A stretch of 63,053 nucleotides of DNA, counting the filler, from Rhabdomonas costata (Eukaryota): the NCBI GenBank assembly GCA_019059605.1. It is 27 parts of 27 records of this genome, joined end to end, with 100 filler letters (N's around TTAATTAATTAA, not from the genome) between each part and the next. Parts side by side here need not be neighbours in the genome. Positions count along the whole stretch, not along the records: positions 46,799 to 49,037 come from JAHMHO010004620.1; positions 49,138 to 51,375 come from JAHMHO010004621.1; positions 51,476 to 53,713 come from JAHMHO010004622.1; positions 53,814 to 56,051 come from JAHMHO010004623.1; positions 56,152 to 58,389 come from JAHMHO010004624.1; positions 58,490 to 60,727 come from JAHMHO010004625.1; positions 60,828 to 63,053 come from JAHMHO010004626.1; 20 more parts are not named here. One strand, written 5' to 3'. The notes under the pieces are model-generated. The model ran no database searches. It was not told the origin of the DNA and saw only the letters and a program-made list of their open reading frames with translations. The position numbers and the translations under genes are program-made. Positions 48,535-61,275 of this stretch are shown piece by piece; the first letter of the stretch is position 1, and every line of letters begins with the position of its first letter.

Positions 48535-49258
48535 GTATGACCCACCTCCCCTTCCCCTGGTTCTCACCCATGGGATCCAGCGGTTTCATTCTTGTACGTT
48601 GCTATCGCTTCGAAGCGCAGTACGCTGACCTGTGTTGTCTGCATGTGTGTGACTGCATGTGCATGTTTGTGTCTGCATGTGTGTGTGTGTGCACTTGTGT
48701 GATTGAGGGCCCAAACCTCCAAAGGAAGTCGGGCCCAAGGGGCAATGTACGACCGCGGAAGGTTGGGTACCTACAAATAGATCTCTGAACGCGCCAATCG
48801 GGGTTCGTAAGGCCCCGCGTACACTGTGCATCGGGGGTCACATGGGTAAGCCATCCCTACGTGACAAGAAAGAGGGACAAGGTACCGTGGGCCCAGCGTG
48901 TGAGGTCCCGATGGGCCCGTGCCCCATCGAAAGTTAGGAGCCCAGGGGGCGGAGGAGTGGCCTCGAGTCCTTCCCCGAGATAGTTCACCCTGACCAAGTG
49001 AGCCTGTCGGTGACGGCTACCCAGGGTAACACAAAAANNNNNNNNNNNNNNNNNNNNNNNNNNNNNNNNNNNNNNNNNNNNTTAATTAATTAANNNNNNN
49101 NNNNNNNNNNNNNNNNNNNNNNNNNNNNNNNNNNNNNTGTGGTATTCTGTGAAGTCACGTGCCTTTCAGTATTCCTTTCTTTTCGGCCATCGGAAGTGGG
49201 CACTTCGTAAAGTGGGCTTGTGGTTCAAGACAGAAATAGGGAAGGGAGCGGCTGAGAC

Positions 49259-50739
49259 CATGCTGCCGTCCATGGCGCAAGAGATCAGCCCCCCGTCGCC
49301 GGGCAGGACCATCATTGCGGTGACCGGGCCGTTGTGGCACACGGACTTCCGGAGGGGGCGGAGGGTGGTAGCGCCGTTGGCCAGCGGGGGGACCTCCCAG
49401 CTGATGACCTGGCCCTCGCGGTCTCCGCTGAACAGCAACCCCGCCCGGGAGTGCCACAGCAGGGCCGTCGCGCAGGGGTCCAACCGGGTGTCGTTGACTA
49501 GCCGGGTGCTGGGCGCGGCAGGCAAGCACTCACCCACACACACTTTGACAAAGCTGAATTTTCGCTCAGAAGAACAGCAAAGCACCGCCACTTCAACAGT
49601 TTGGAGCGTTTGGAGCACACACATGCACACATATAAAGACACACCCTGCTCCACCAGACTTCAAATTTTCCGGGGGATCATTAATCGTTGGGCATCCGGA
49701 CTGCGAGAGCCAACGAGCTATGCCTTGCGAGCGATGAGCTAGAAAACGGCATAGCGGGAGAACTGAAAAGCAGCCACGCAGCCAAATGTCCTCAAGCAAA
49801 GCCATAAAACTGAATGTCCAAGTCGGTTCTCAGAATGGCCATTCCGCATCAGGATAGGTTCCAGATGTGCAGGACTCACTAAGCGTGTGAGGCCTGGGGA
49901 CTTTGGGGTGGCCGCCGAGGCGGCAGGGGGGGAGGGGCGGAACCGGAACTGAATCGACAGCGCGGTGTTGGGGTCGGAAAGAAGCTCCACGTACGGCAGC
50001 CTTCGCAGAGAGCTCAGAAGATGCCTGTCCCAAAAACCCATCCGCGCCTGTTCCAAAAACCTTCCAGCCACTGTCGTCTATCAGAAGTCAGCTCTCAGTG
50101 TGGCCCAGTGGGAGGGAAGGTCTGGGATTAATAACGACGTGTTTTATAGGGACGGGTAACGCCCCCCGCCCCCAACTTCAACGGGGCACAGAAAACATTA
50201 TTGCCATTGCACTACAATACCACAGCTCCATGATATCACTGCAATGGTCTTCCCCGTTAAGCCTGAGTTAGAGTTTCGAAAATGTTATCGAAAGGAAGGG
50301 TTTTGTCTTGAGAACGAATTAGGATAAACGAAGCGGGCCAAAGGCGCTGCGAACGCATCAAGGAGCTCCGGACAAAGACAAGACTAAACAAGAAAGGTCA
50401 GCGAGAAGAGCTCCAATCGCAAGCCCAGTGATCTTTCAAGCATCTTCTCATTTTCTCTCACAAGCAGCTGCAAGCAGAGAAGGCCACAGGGATGCGTGAC
50501 ACAGGACAAGTATACCGTGCAGACGCCCATCGTGCCTCGCTGCCCAGCACCACTGCCGCCTTGCCAACCGCCTTTAGGCTAGTAAACGCCGCCAAAACGG
50601 CGGGCCCCACCGTCGCAGCGCAAGGCGAAACCGCGCACGGCGTGCCTGGATCCCTCACCTCAAAGAAGTCCCATGGGAAGAAGCCGTAGCACAGCTCCGC
50701 CGCCGCAGAAGAGCTGAAATATACCACGTTCCACCGTGA
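49259..50739 (-). CDS. WD40-repeat protein (partial, multi-exon)
   Basis: ATALLWHSRAGLLFSGDREGQVISWE...CHNGPVTAMMVLPGDGGLISCAMDGSM. Upstream GC3-rich exons lie near 49880-50070 and 50515-50739. Confidence 0.75.
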
Positions 50740-51293
50740 ACTCGAACAGATATTTTTCAATGCCTCAGTGGCATGAAAAAATGCGTCCCAGGACTTCAAC
50801 TGTAATGCTAAATTCCGAAGTTCGGGATGTAACTTATCTTGTCCAAAGCATGGAAATTAAGACTGAAACAATCTCGCTTTCAAAAACAACGCGGGCTGCG
50901 TTTTGCCTTCCTGTGGTTTCAGTCAAGACAACTCAAATTGTACGGTATGGTACGTATATCGTGCACTGCTTTTAGCTTAAAAAACGGGGGGGGGGCAACT
51001 CCATCATACTATGAAAGGCTCTCCTGTGATTTTAATCTCCGTCGTAAAAGCTGAAAAGACTGCAAAACCAGACTAGTAACAGTCTTGTTTTAGTAACATA
51101 CTAACATTTATCGAATATCACGAAAACAAAAACACACAACAAAAACAAAAACACGCACGGACTCTGGTCGAAAATTAGTGCTTACCCCAAATGCTCCTGC
51201 TGATCCTCACAACCGCAGTGCGCATGATCGGTCACTGTGACATTGGATCGTAGAGTGTTCTGACTGTCACACAGGAGCCGTTCGTTGGTGTTA

Positions 51294-51369
51294 GTTGGGG
51301 ACACTATCCCTGGCTCTTTGATCCTCGTGGTTCCTCGTGGATCAAAGAGCCAGGGATAGTGTCCCCAAC
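51294..51369. repeat. Perfect 31-bp inverted repeat (14-nt loop) at contig end
   Basis: gttggggacactatccctggctctttgatcc pairs with ggatcaaagagccagggatagtgtccccaac. Confidence 0.95.
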
Positions 51370-52028
51370 CCAACANNNNNNNNNNNNNNNNNNNNNNNNN
51401 NNNNNNNNNNNNNNNNNNNTTAATTAATTAANNNNNNNNNNNNNNNNNNNNNNNNNNNNNNNNNNNNNNNNNNNNGGTGTTGGGGAAGTTCTCTTCGAAG
51501 CAACATAGCTTTGAAGAGAACTTCCCCGGCACCCACACGGTAGCTTTCTTCTTTGCTTTTCCCTGGCGCCCGTTTGTGGATCTTAATTCCTTATTGCTGG
51601 AATCAACCCTAGTGGAGCCCTGACGGTTGCACAAACAACAGGGAAACCGAGCGGGAAGGGGTGCAGCACGGTTGGAATTAGGCACAGAGATACTTTCCCA
51701 TACAACTCACGAAAGATCACATTTTCAAATGGAAACTGGAATCAATACACTAGGGCTTCGGTGACCCCCCACCCCCCAAAAAGACATGAAGTACCTGGCC
51801 ATTACCTAAGGGTTACTCACTTTCCCTATGTTTTTAAAACATCCTTGCTTCTGGGGCGGGTCCACACGTGGGCTCATCATCTCAGTACTTGAAACCAACT
51901 CACTAGAACAGCGCGTACGGGTCGACTGCGAGCCTTGTCGGACGACCCACCATACAGCTACCTCACTTCTAAAAGCAGCCCTACAGGTAGGGTAGCAGCG
52001 ATAAAAGAACTGCGAGGAAAGAACGCAC

Positions 52029-53256
52029 CCACGAGAGAAAACTCCGTGCTCACGTAAATCCCGTCGTTAAGATCGCCCCCTGTGGTGAGGAAGTTGGCGC
52101 CCAGTTTGGCTGACTTGAAATTGAACAGGGTCCCAGGCATGGCTCCTGCGAAGACCTCCCACTGCACTCCATCCACCGAGACGTAGCTAGACGACAGCCC
52201 CTGCATGGAGCCGCCATCGGACACGTGCCACAGCAGCCCTGCCATCGACACCACCGCGCCGGTTCTCAGCAGAAGGGGTAGCCCTGTGGTCGCAGCCAGA
52301 TTCCACTGCACTCCATCACTGCTGTGGTATACCTGCAGAGGTGACAAAACGGCATAGCCAAGGACAGCCAGAGGGTGACAACATCGAAGATATCAGCGAT
52401 GCATTCAAGACTCAGCAACACAGAAAGAATCAACCATAGGTAATACGTCCTTTTTGGAAACCTGGCAGCTGGACTGCAGCGCAAGGCTAAACCACCAAGT
52501 CAAACCTCACGCTCAAAACTCCGCTGCAGGGTTTTCCCTTCGGGATGCGAAGCTCACTTTGAGCAACGTTATGGCAAGGTCTCGAGGAGAAAAAGGGCCA
52601 GTATGGTTTTCCTGGAGGAGCTTCCCAGGAGTTGAAATTCAAGCGCAGGTTTCAGAACAGGTCCTGACGGGGCTCGAACCGGTCTTCCCGGGTTTGGTAA
52701 TCTGTTATGCGGAAGAGCTCAGCTCCCCCCCTCCCCCCAGACAAGGCCGAGCAGAGCAAGAAAGGATTCCCAAACAACACGAACGAACCTGGAAAGAACA
52801 ATAGCGTTTCCAATTTCTCATCCCGTGACCACAAAACGTCGTTTTTCCATTTAATGACGGTGTAGTTGAAAAGGCGTCAGTTTCAGTTAACCGCCTCCTT
52901 CCCCAAAGTGAATTCCAAAGAGCACACATCAGAGCTCCGTAGTTGTAGACCCATACCTCCGGGGCAACGCTGGGTGGGTCTCCCCCAATCGCCCAGAGCT
53001 GGCTGCGGTGGAGGGCCAGCTTGACATTGGAGCGGCCCCCCGTGGCGAAGGCGGCGAGGTTGGCCAGGTGCCAATTGGTGGCATGCGCGGGATCATCCAT
53101 TTTGTACACGTCGTTGAGAGGGCCGGTGTTGCCGTACCCTGCGATGGCCCAGAGGCTACCCAGGAACTCTATCAAGCCGAGCGCGCTTCGGCCCGAAAAG
53201 ACTCCCAAACCGTGGAGTGTCCAGGTGGCCCCCGAGGGGTCGGCGGTGGAGTAAAC
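52029..53256 (-). CDS. Kelch-like beta-propeller protein with S.DG..W (Asp-box-like) blades (partial, at least 2 exons)
   Basis: GSLWAIAGY...LNDVYK...NW...QLWAIGG...EVW in the first exon; VYHSSDGVQW...YVSVDGVQW...FLTTGG in the second. Confidence 0.7.
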
Positions 53257-54064
53257 CTGAGAGAGCCAGAAGCATCGCACGTGGGAACAATTTTAGGTTT
53301 TTTGTGGGGGGTGATGGAGGGGACGTTAAACGTTAAGCACTGTCAAACGTTTTTGGGCTTTGTAGTTTTTTGGGATTGTCGTTGCATACAAATGGGATCG
53401 ATGCAGGCGGCGAATCTTCCTTCTTCGATGACATTCGTAGGGTTGCAATGGGAGGAGGGGGGGGGCACAATATCTGGACTAGCGGAGTCGCACTTTTTGA
53501 ATCTAAAAGTCTCACACATCGTGCGCAGAGCCAAGTGCCCTGAGAGAGAAGCGGAAGACCAGTTTCTACTGCATCGAAATGCGACTAGAATGTTGGGTGT
53601 TCAGCAGCAGAGAGAGGAAAATACTAAGCAAAGAAGCATCGCCCGCGGCCAAGATAGGTACACAAAAGGAGAGCAATAAATTATAGGGGAACGACACAAA
53701 GTGAAAAAAACACNNNNNNNNNNNNNNNNNNNNNNNNNNNNNNNNNNNNNNNNNNNNTTAATTAATTAANNNNNNNNNNNNNNNNNNNNNNNNNNNNNNN
53801 NNNNNNNNNNNNNTTGTGTTGGTCGACGAAAGTCTTGGAGTGCAGTAAGATGGGAAGGGAGGGGACTGATACAGACTGAGCAGGTCCACCCAAGTCATTC
53901 ATCCTGCGCAAGCCATGCTCTCCAACCCATCGGGATGATGAAGAACAGGAGTCGCCCGAACAGTTCAGCGACTGGAAGTGTGGATGTTGCGCAAACAAGG
54001 GCAACCTTTTTTTAACGTGAATATGTTACAGGCACCAGCTGCCCGCCCCTGGGCCCCCACTTCT

Positions 54065-55181
54065 TTAAATTCGGAGCGGAAGCCTTCGGGAACGGTGCCG
54101 CTTGCGGATGAACGCGGCCACGGGCCCAATGACCACCACCTTCTCAAAAAGGGCAACGGCCGCGACGTTGGCCATCAGCAATACCCACAACCAAAACCTG
54201 AGATTGAATAAACATGTGAGTGGAGCGCATGGCGCACTGGCTGAGATGGAGATGATGTATCGCTCTTCTGGGGATCCCCCTGTCTTTTGTTCTCTTGTGC
54301 TGTGCGTACCTGGAGTTGGCAGGCCGGTGCGAGGCACACGCTCATTGATTGGCATAGAGTGCTCACCTCGGGAACACAGTGGTGCCACGGGGTTACCGGC
54401 CCACCACCACTGTAACATCGCCGTTGCCCTGTGGGTCCCTGGCTCAGGCGTAGCCTGTCACACAGATATACGATGTACAGGGCTGGAATTGGCTTGATGT
54501 CAGTTGTGCTGCCACTACCGTTGCTGCGGCTGACGGGTGCAGAAGCACCCGTACTCCACCGGTATGATGAGGACAGAGATACCTTGCATTAAAACGGATC
54601 GATCTTGCAGATGCAATCCAGCCGACGGGATAGTGTGCCAGAACAGACGAAAAATACGTGTTCATGCCACTTACGAGAACAGAGAGGAAGAATCGACCTG
54701 AAGGATGCGGGCATCGGGGGGTCCCACAGCCCCGGGGCAGAGGCGATCCGAAAGAACCGGGTAACCTGGGAGCAAAATGACAACCCGAGGCATCCAATCC
54801 ACCCCCTTCCGTGCCTTTGCATGGTACCGTACGTTCGGATGGCTCAGATGGTTTGGAAGAGTGTCAGCAATTGGTTGTGCACAAAACTTTGCAATCAGCA
54901 AATTCACAATACACAATACACAATACACAAAAGACACATTGAATAAAGAGGGAGAGAGCAAGTGTAGGAGTCGAGTGCGCGGAGGGGTAGGGGGAGTACG
55001 GCGTTGGGCGGCGACAGCACAAGGAAGCTCTGCATGGCCAATAAGAAGGCCACAGAGCCCACAAGGAAGGGGTTGCGGTGCAGCCCACGACGCCACCGCC
55101 CGCCAAAGCTGAACGACACTGCCACAGCAGTGTACTGGAACACCACCAGAAGCCACCGCAGAGTGGCCTCGTGGTTGGTCC
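54065..55181 (-). CDS. P5B-type ATPase (ATP13A-like), last three exons
   Basis: Exons 55181-55000, 54765-54698 and 54197-54065 give TNHEATLRWLLVVFQYTAVAVSFSFGGRWRRGLHRNPFL...FLVLSPPN...MPASFRFWLWVLLMANVAAVALFEKVVV, ending in TAA. This matches the 'N.E.T......FQY......S.G..FR.....N' TM signature. Confidence 0.75.
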
Positions 55182-56356
55182 CTGAAATAGCGGTAACGCG
55201 GCGTTGCGCACAAGCTAGGACGTAAAAAAAAAAGAAAGTCCAGAGTCTGGCAAGGATATTATTGCCCCCTCCCCCAGGTTCTTGGAAATTCAGGTAGACT
55301 CAGTTCAACTGAAATACCAAAAAGGCCCACAAGGATGCCGCAACGTGTTCGAGCATGGGTTACTATTCGAGCGCGTTCTGCTGCAGGTGGAGAAACCATT
55401 CCTTCCTCCCATGCGCTGCACAGGTGAGGGTGCTGGTCCCCCCATTCTCCTGGGTTTCAGGGGCTTAAACGTTGTACCATCAGCAATTTGTGAGCGCGAT
55501 TGTGAAGCGGCCCTTCTCATGCCTGTGGTCCGAATAGTGGGGGTCTTGCTTCCAACTTTGTCAACGGTGGTTTCGGCTGGATGTCAAACCACAGGACGAT
55601 CTCATTCGTGTTTCCCCCTCGGGCCAGCGGGAAGTCAGTCAGCAAACGACATCACTGACTACTCGAGCACGGGCTACTATTCAAAGATTTGCGGTAACGT
55701 CCAGGTACCCCGGCTGCCCCGGTGATAAGCCAAAAAAAACTATCCGCTGACCCTGGACTCTGGTCCTATCCTCTGACCGCTGAGATAAAGTTCCGGAGGC
55801 CAGCAGACCAGAGGCCACCCTTCGTCGGCCAGGGATCCTCAGGCCGCCTTCTGTCCACGGAAAACTGAAAACCGTAATCCCCATGTGTATTGTGTTACGC
55901 AATTCATTCGTGCATCATCAATGCACACGCAACAGATATACGCATGAATGCAGACAGAAAGAGACCAAGCAGCCACCACTTTGAGACGTCCACCCCAGAC
56001 GCGTCGAAATGGCGAAACCAGGGCTGCGCCCGCAGCCCCACCACAACCAAANNNNNNNNNNNNNNNNNNNNNNNNNNNNNNNNNNNNNNNNNNNNTTAAT
56101 TAATTAANNNNNNNNNNNNNNNNNNNNNNNNNNNNNNNNNNNNNNNNNNNNGGGTTTGTGGCTTTATATATTGACTTAGGGACAGTTGGGTCTGTTTGTT
56201 GCTGGAAAAGTAAAATGAAGTCAGCGATCATAAATTTTTCCTTCCGTCCGGCATTGAAACGTTGACTGATTTTTCTGTTTGCATGCCATTGGAATTTGCA
56301 TCGGAAAGTGTATCAAAAGTGTGTCAGTCTCCCGATCGTTTCCCCTCCATTTTCAG

Positions 56357-58176
56357 AAATGTGGTGAAGCCTTACGAGCAGTACCCCAATCTTATGCCCA
56401 TGCTGCTGAAGACCCTGCACGGCTCCTCCAAAGAGGACTTGGGGGTGCGAACGGAGGTCATGAAGGTTATCGGGGTGATCGGTGCCTTGGACCCCGTCAA
56501 GTAAACTGCCACCTCATCTCCACTCCCCTTTTGTCCAAAAGCCTATACGATCCACCTTCACCCTTCACTGTTGCTCATAGCCAAGAAGAGAGAGGCTCTG
56601 AAAAATGGGTCTTGGACGACTCTGCGGCACCCTTTGCTTTCTCAACCTCCCCTTTTTCTCATTGCTTCCTTGCTTCGATTTTTTGTGGAGGCATCCCCAA
56701 CGGTCATGGTTCCTTTTGCTGGTAACTCGATTCTGTGTGCCCACTCATCAATTCGCCTCCCTCTCCCGCCCTCCGGTTCCCACCTGCTTCCTGCGCAGGT
56801 ACAAGAAAGTCCTGCTGAAGCAGCAGCAGCTGCGTGACTCGGAGAACGCTGCTCGAAAGGGTGGGTCTGGGGGGAACCCCTTCAAGGTATATTCCTCTGA
56901 AGATGAGCGTGTAGCGCTGCTCTTTGCGTCCTTCCTAGAACAGCCTCAACCAGGCATGGTCCCCGGGCATTAATCAACGGACACATGTTGCTTGTTTCGT
57001 GCGGTATAAATCTGCTCGCTGTGGATTTACCGTATACCCAGATTGGAAGTGAAGAGTTGGGGTCACAATGGGTTTCCGAAACCTTGTGACGCATTTCTTT
57101 CCAATGAATTTCTTTTTTGACTGTGTGTGTTCGTGTGGGTGGGTGGAGTGTTGATTCGCTAAACTTTGTTGACTTCACTTCTCGCCAGGTTGAAGTGAAG
57201 TTCAACGTGCAGCCCGACGAGTTCTACTCCACTGTCTCGCTAAACGCCATGCTGGACATCATCTACGACGATACCCTGAAGGTCCACCACAAGCACGCTA
57301 TGACCTGCATCGTCGCAACCATCAAAGCTTTGGGTGTGTGAGCTTGCACTTTTCTGCCGCTTCCGACCTGATCACATCCACCACTTTTTCTGTGAGGTTT
57401 CCTTGTATCAATCTCTCGTGCTACGCGACACTACCGGAGTTGTCATATGTAGTTATACTTTGGGATGTTTTTCTTTTCCGGCTTTTGTGTCCCTCGCTGA
57501 TATGGGTATGTTTACGCATCCCGCAGTTTAATCAACATTGCTCAAAGCCAGGGTGGTCCTAGGCTCCTCGTTCCTTGATCGTGGCATGCTCTGTGGTTTT
57601 TTCTCAGCATGGCATGCGCCGCGCGGCGATCTTTTATTTGCGATGTGCTCGCCATCATTCGGGTTGGGGACGGGGTGACAGGGCTCGCCAAGGCGGTCCA
57701 TTTTATTCCTCACGTGCTTCCCCCACTGCTGAAGTCCATTCGCGGGGCTACCGAGCCAACTCTTGTGATCTACCTGGTCTGCAGCTTTGTGTACATGTCC
57801 AAACCGATCGAAAAGCCGTCATGCCACGTGGAAATAGTCTCTTAGCAGTTCCAATTACTGCTGATGATTACTACAGATTGCTGCGGATGTGCGCATGAAG
57901 TGACCTCTGGTGCTGCGCTGTGATGTGCGCCATGTTTCTGGGTAATTCGGATTCGAATGCGGTTGTATCTGCTTTTATGCTGATGCCTTTTTGTTCCCGG
58001 CGTACAGAATGAACGGCTATTCGTGCATTCACTACACATGGTGATCAGCAACCTGTGGGGGCGTAGTTTTAAAATCCCGTCTACTTTGTGCGATCCCGCA
58101 GGTGCAGAAGCTCAAGGACCTGGTTGCTGTGCTCAAGCAGCACCTTCGAGTCTATCTCACAGAGATGATGGAGCTG
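56357..58176 (+). CDS. TOR: Target of rapamycin kinase, HEAT-repeat region (5 exons)
   Basis: Exons 56357-56500, 56799-56886, 57189-57333, 57682-57776 and 58102-58176 give VVKPYEQYPNLM...RTEVMKVIGVIGALDPVKYK...DEFYSTVSLNAM..I..D.TL..HH...FIPHVLPPLL...LVAVLKQHLRVYL. Confidence 0.92.
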
Positions 58177-58524
58177 GTTCAGTGAGGGAGGAGAGAGAGA
58201 AAGAGTCCAACCGGTTCCATTCCTGCAGCAGCGTCTGTATCGTTTTGTCTAGGATTGAGCCTGTGCCACCTTCTTTTCATTTTTGCACTTTGGGAAACAC
58301 AGGTAACGGTTACCACTGGTTACGTTTTATCACTTGTAGCCGAAAACTGCCTTAAAACGAGAGGGGCGGAGGCTACAAGTGATAAAACCNNNNNNNNNNN
58401 NNNNNNNNNNNNNNNNNNNNNNNNNNNNNNNNNTTAATTAATTAANNNNNNNNNNNNNNNNNNNNNNNNNNNNNNNNNNNNNNNNNNNNGGTGGTTGGGT
58501 GGAGACGGAGAGAGAGAACGACCT

Positions 58525-58823
58525 GTCGCTGCCCTATTTTCCTGTTCGGATGTAAAGATGCCTGCCTGCGTCGCTGCAGACTGCATGAGAGTCCTTCCAA
58601 CTGTAAGTGATGAGAGCTGTTCGTGATCGCCACGATGCGGGTGGAGATGTCCAGCATGGCCTGAGAGGAGGTGTCCTTCAGCTCCTCCAGGGCATCGCTG
58701 GAGAATGCAATCAGCACCACAACTACCAGCGTGGTCACCAGCACAAGGGTGAGTACAAAGAACGCCAGGCTGACGGCTCGCACGGAGAACAGCCTCCACA
58801 GCGGAGCGTCTCGCGGAGGTGGC
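58525..58823 (-). CDS. Membrane protein N-terminus (single TM helix plus helical ectodomain), possibly a receptor-type cyclase
   Basis: RLFSVRAVSLAFFVLTLVLVTTLVVVVLIAFSSDALEELKD... in a GC3-rich frame. The family assignment is inference only. Confidence 0.45.
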
Positions 58824-61275
58824 TCAAAGGGGAAAAGGGGAGAGGTCGACACCCTATGGGCATCCTATGCATCGCTGCTGCTCACGCAAGGAAAGGGAAA
58901 TGTGGAAGAAATATAAATATAAAGATAAATATAAAGATAAAAGCTGCATATGCACAGTGCCAGTGCGCACAAAGAGCAAGGGGGTTGAAGCCAGACATGC
59001 ACGGAAATGAGGGTGACTTGTTGTTAATTTCCGTGCTCGGGACCTCATTGCGCCCCTTTCTCTCCGACGTTCCATTGTCTGGATCTTACTCGAAAATAAC
59101 GCCATGACTATACATTATTCCCAACGACAACCCGTCATCAGTCAACGAGCTGTAGGGTAAAGCAGGACCGATTCACAAGAGGATAACGAAGCACACAACG
59201 GGGAGCACATCCGCACACCTGACACCTCCGGAAAGTTGCACACGGAGTTAACCGGCTTATGCCCGAGGGCTGGTTTATGGGTGCAAGGGTTTTAAGTTTC
59301 AAAAAAGATATACATTCAACCTGACGCGACACGGCACGAGTTCCCGATTTTGAAATGTCAATCCAAGCAGAGTGGAGGGTGTGGTAGCGACTGCGATGGA
59401 CTTATCGGAATACTGACCAATTCTCTTCTGAGTAACAACCGCCAGGTGAATAAAGATCTCAAAGTTAACACTAATGCAGTTAATGGGGTTGAGCAAGCGA
59501 ACAGAGGCAACAGCCCCAAACCTTGGGGAACGCAGGAATACACAAGAACACACACGGTACGGGAGCTGCCGGATTACGAATGTCACCTTGAAGCTTCAGC
59601 AAGCCGTGGGTGAAAGCAGCTATGGGTATAATGCATTGACTGGGAACTTGGATGCACGCCAGGGTGCACAAAAAACCCGTGCGCATGGCCACTGAGTGTA
59701 AATGTGTGTAAAAAGGTAGTGAGCCAGCGCAAGGGTGGTGGACGGATTGAGGACACTCAGAATTCACATATTTCATGCTATGAAGTTCATCATCAGCCAT
59801 ATATCCGCCACTTTCCCCCTTTCGGGTCACCGACTGGCAGGCTTTCCTGTCTTTCCTAGTTGGTCCCTCAGCCTGTCGCTCGGAATCATACACATGCCAG
59901 GGCAGTGGAAACCTTTCTTTGGGAGGGGATGAGAGGGAACCGTGGGGGAAGCGATGCCCAGCGGAGAGCATGGGGCGCTGAATGCGAAGGGGCAGGAATG
60001 CCGCAACAACAGGCTACAGTGTTCCCAAATGCAAAGAAAAAGCGAGGACCGGTCTCAAGAAAACCAACTTGGGGAAACAGAGAACCAATTGGAACACACG
60101 TGGCCAACGGAGACGACACACAGACGCGATAGGCACGATGCAGCACGCAAGAAACCAATGCATTCGGGGGGGCCTGGCCCCCCACCCCACCCCACCCGCT
60201 TACTAAAACGGCAACGTACGCAAGAACATGCAGCCCCCAAAAGGCCCAGCTAGGAATTTTGCACTGCCACAAAGCGGAATGCATAACCAGAAGCACACCA
60301 GAAAGCTCAGAGGCGACAGTTGGTCAGGGGCGTGGGGCTAGTATTACGCACCGAAACCCACAAACAAATGATATCAAACAAAGAGAGCCAAACTACAGAA
60401 ACCGAAGAGTTACAAAGTTATCCATTCCCCGTTCCGCACAGAACGAAGCCGTTCGCACACGAAATGTCGTAGCAACCGAAAGTACAGGGACAAAATCGTG
60501 CTCCATCAGATACCACTTCTTCCGACGATGGAGATAGTAGAACTAGAATTCCTCTGCGGCACTAAGGGGTGGAAGCACGAGCTGAGAGCGGTGCTGGCGG
60601 AGCAGCAGTACACGCTGCAGGCGGGGGACCAGGCGGGAGGCAGTGAGGCCGGTTGAAGATCCCCTGGGGGTCTCAGAGAGCGTGGCCAGGGCGGCCTGCT
60701 CCTCACCTTTGGGCCCATGGTAGTGTGNNNNNNNNNNNNNNNNNNNNNNNNNNNNNNNNNNNNNNNNNNNNTTAATTAATTAANNNNNNNNNNNNNNNNN
60801 NNNNNNNNNNNNNNNNNNNNNNNNNNNGTGGTTTTTTCCTAAATCCTCGGTCCGGGGTTTGTCTCGACCGCACTCTGTTGAATATGCGGCCATTTGGTCT
60901 CTCCCTCTCTCTGTGTGTTTCTGTAGCACTCTCGCGCACTTTCTCTCTCCCTCCCTCCATCCCTCTCCCTCTCCTCTCCTTGTGGTCGCGATGAAGGGCA
61001 GTACTCTGCCACTGGAGTGGAGTCCGCGCAGACTCCGTCGACAACTTCCGTCTTTGACGTGCACCCTCTTCGGGACAGTAGCGCCACTGCGGAGGTGGTA
61101 TCTGGAAGGGTGCCGCAAATGGAGGTGGTAATGACCATGTTTGAGCCCGGATATGGGTCTAAAGGCAGGAGTTGCCGATGGTGACCTCCATGGCGAGCAA
61201 GGCGTCGCAGAATTTTAGAAAAGATCTGCGCAAAACAGTGCGCTGCACAATCATTGGCAATCCAGTGTACTATTA

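Noticed and set aside
61225..61256. ATGA...GA hairpin downstream of the UGA-containing gene as a SECIS element
   Set aside because: The stem is only about 6 bp, the quartet register is wrong and there is no apical AA motif.
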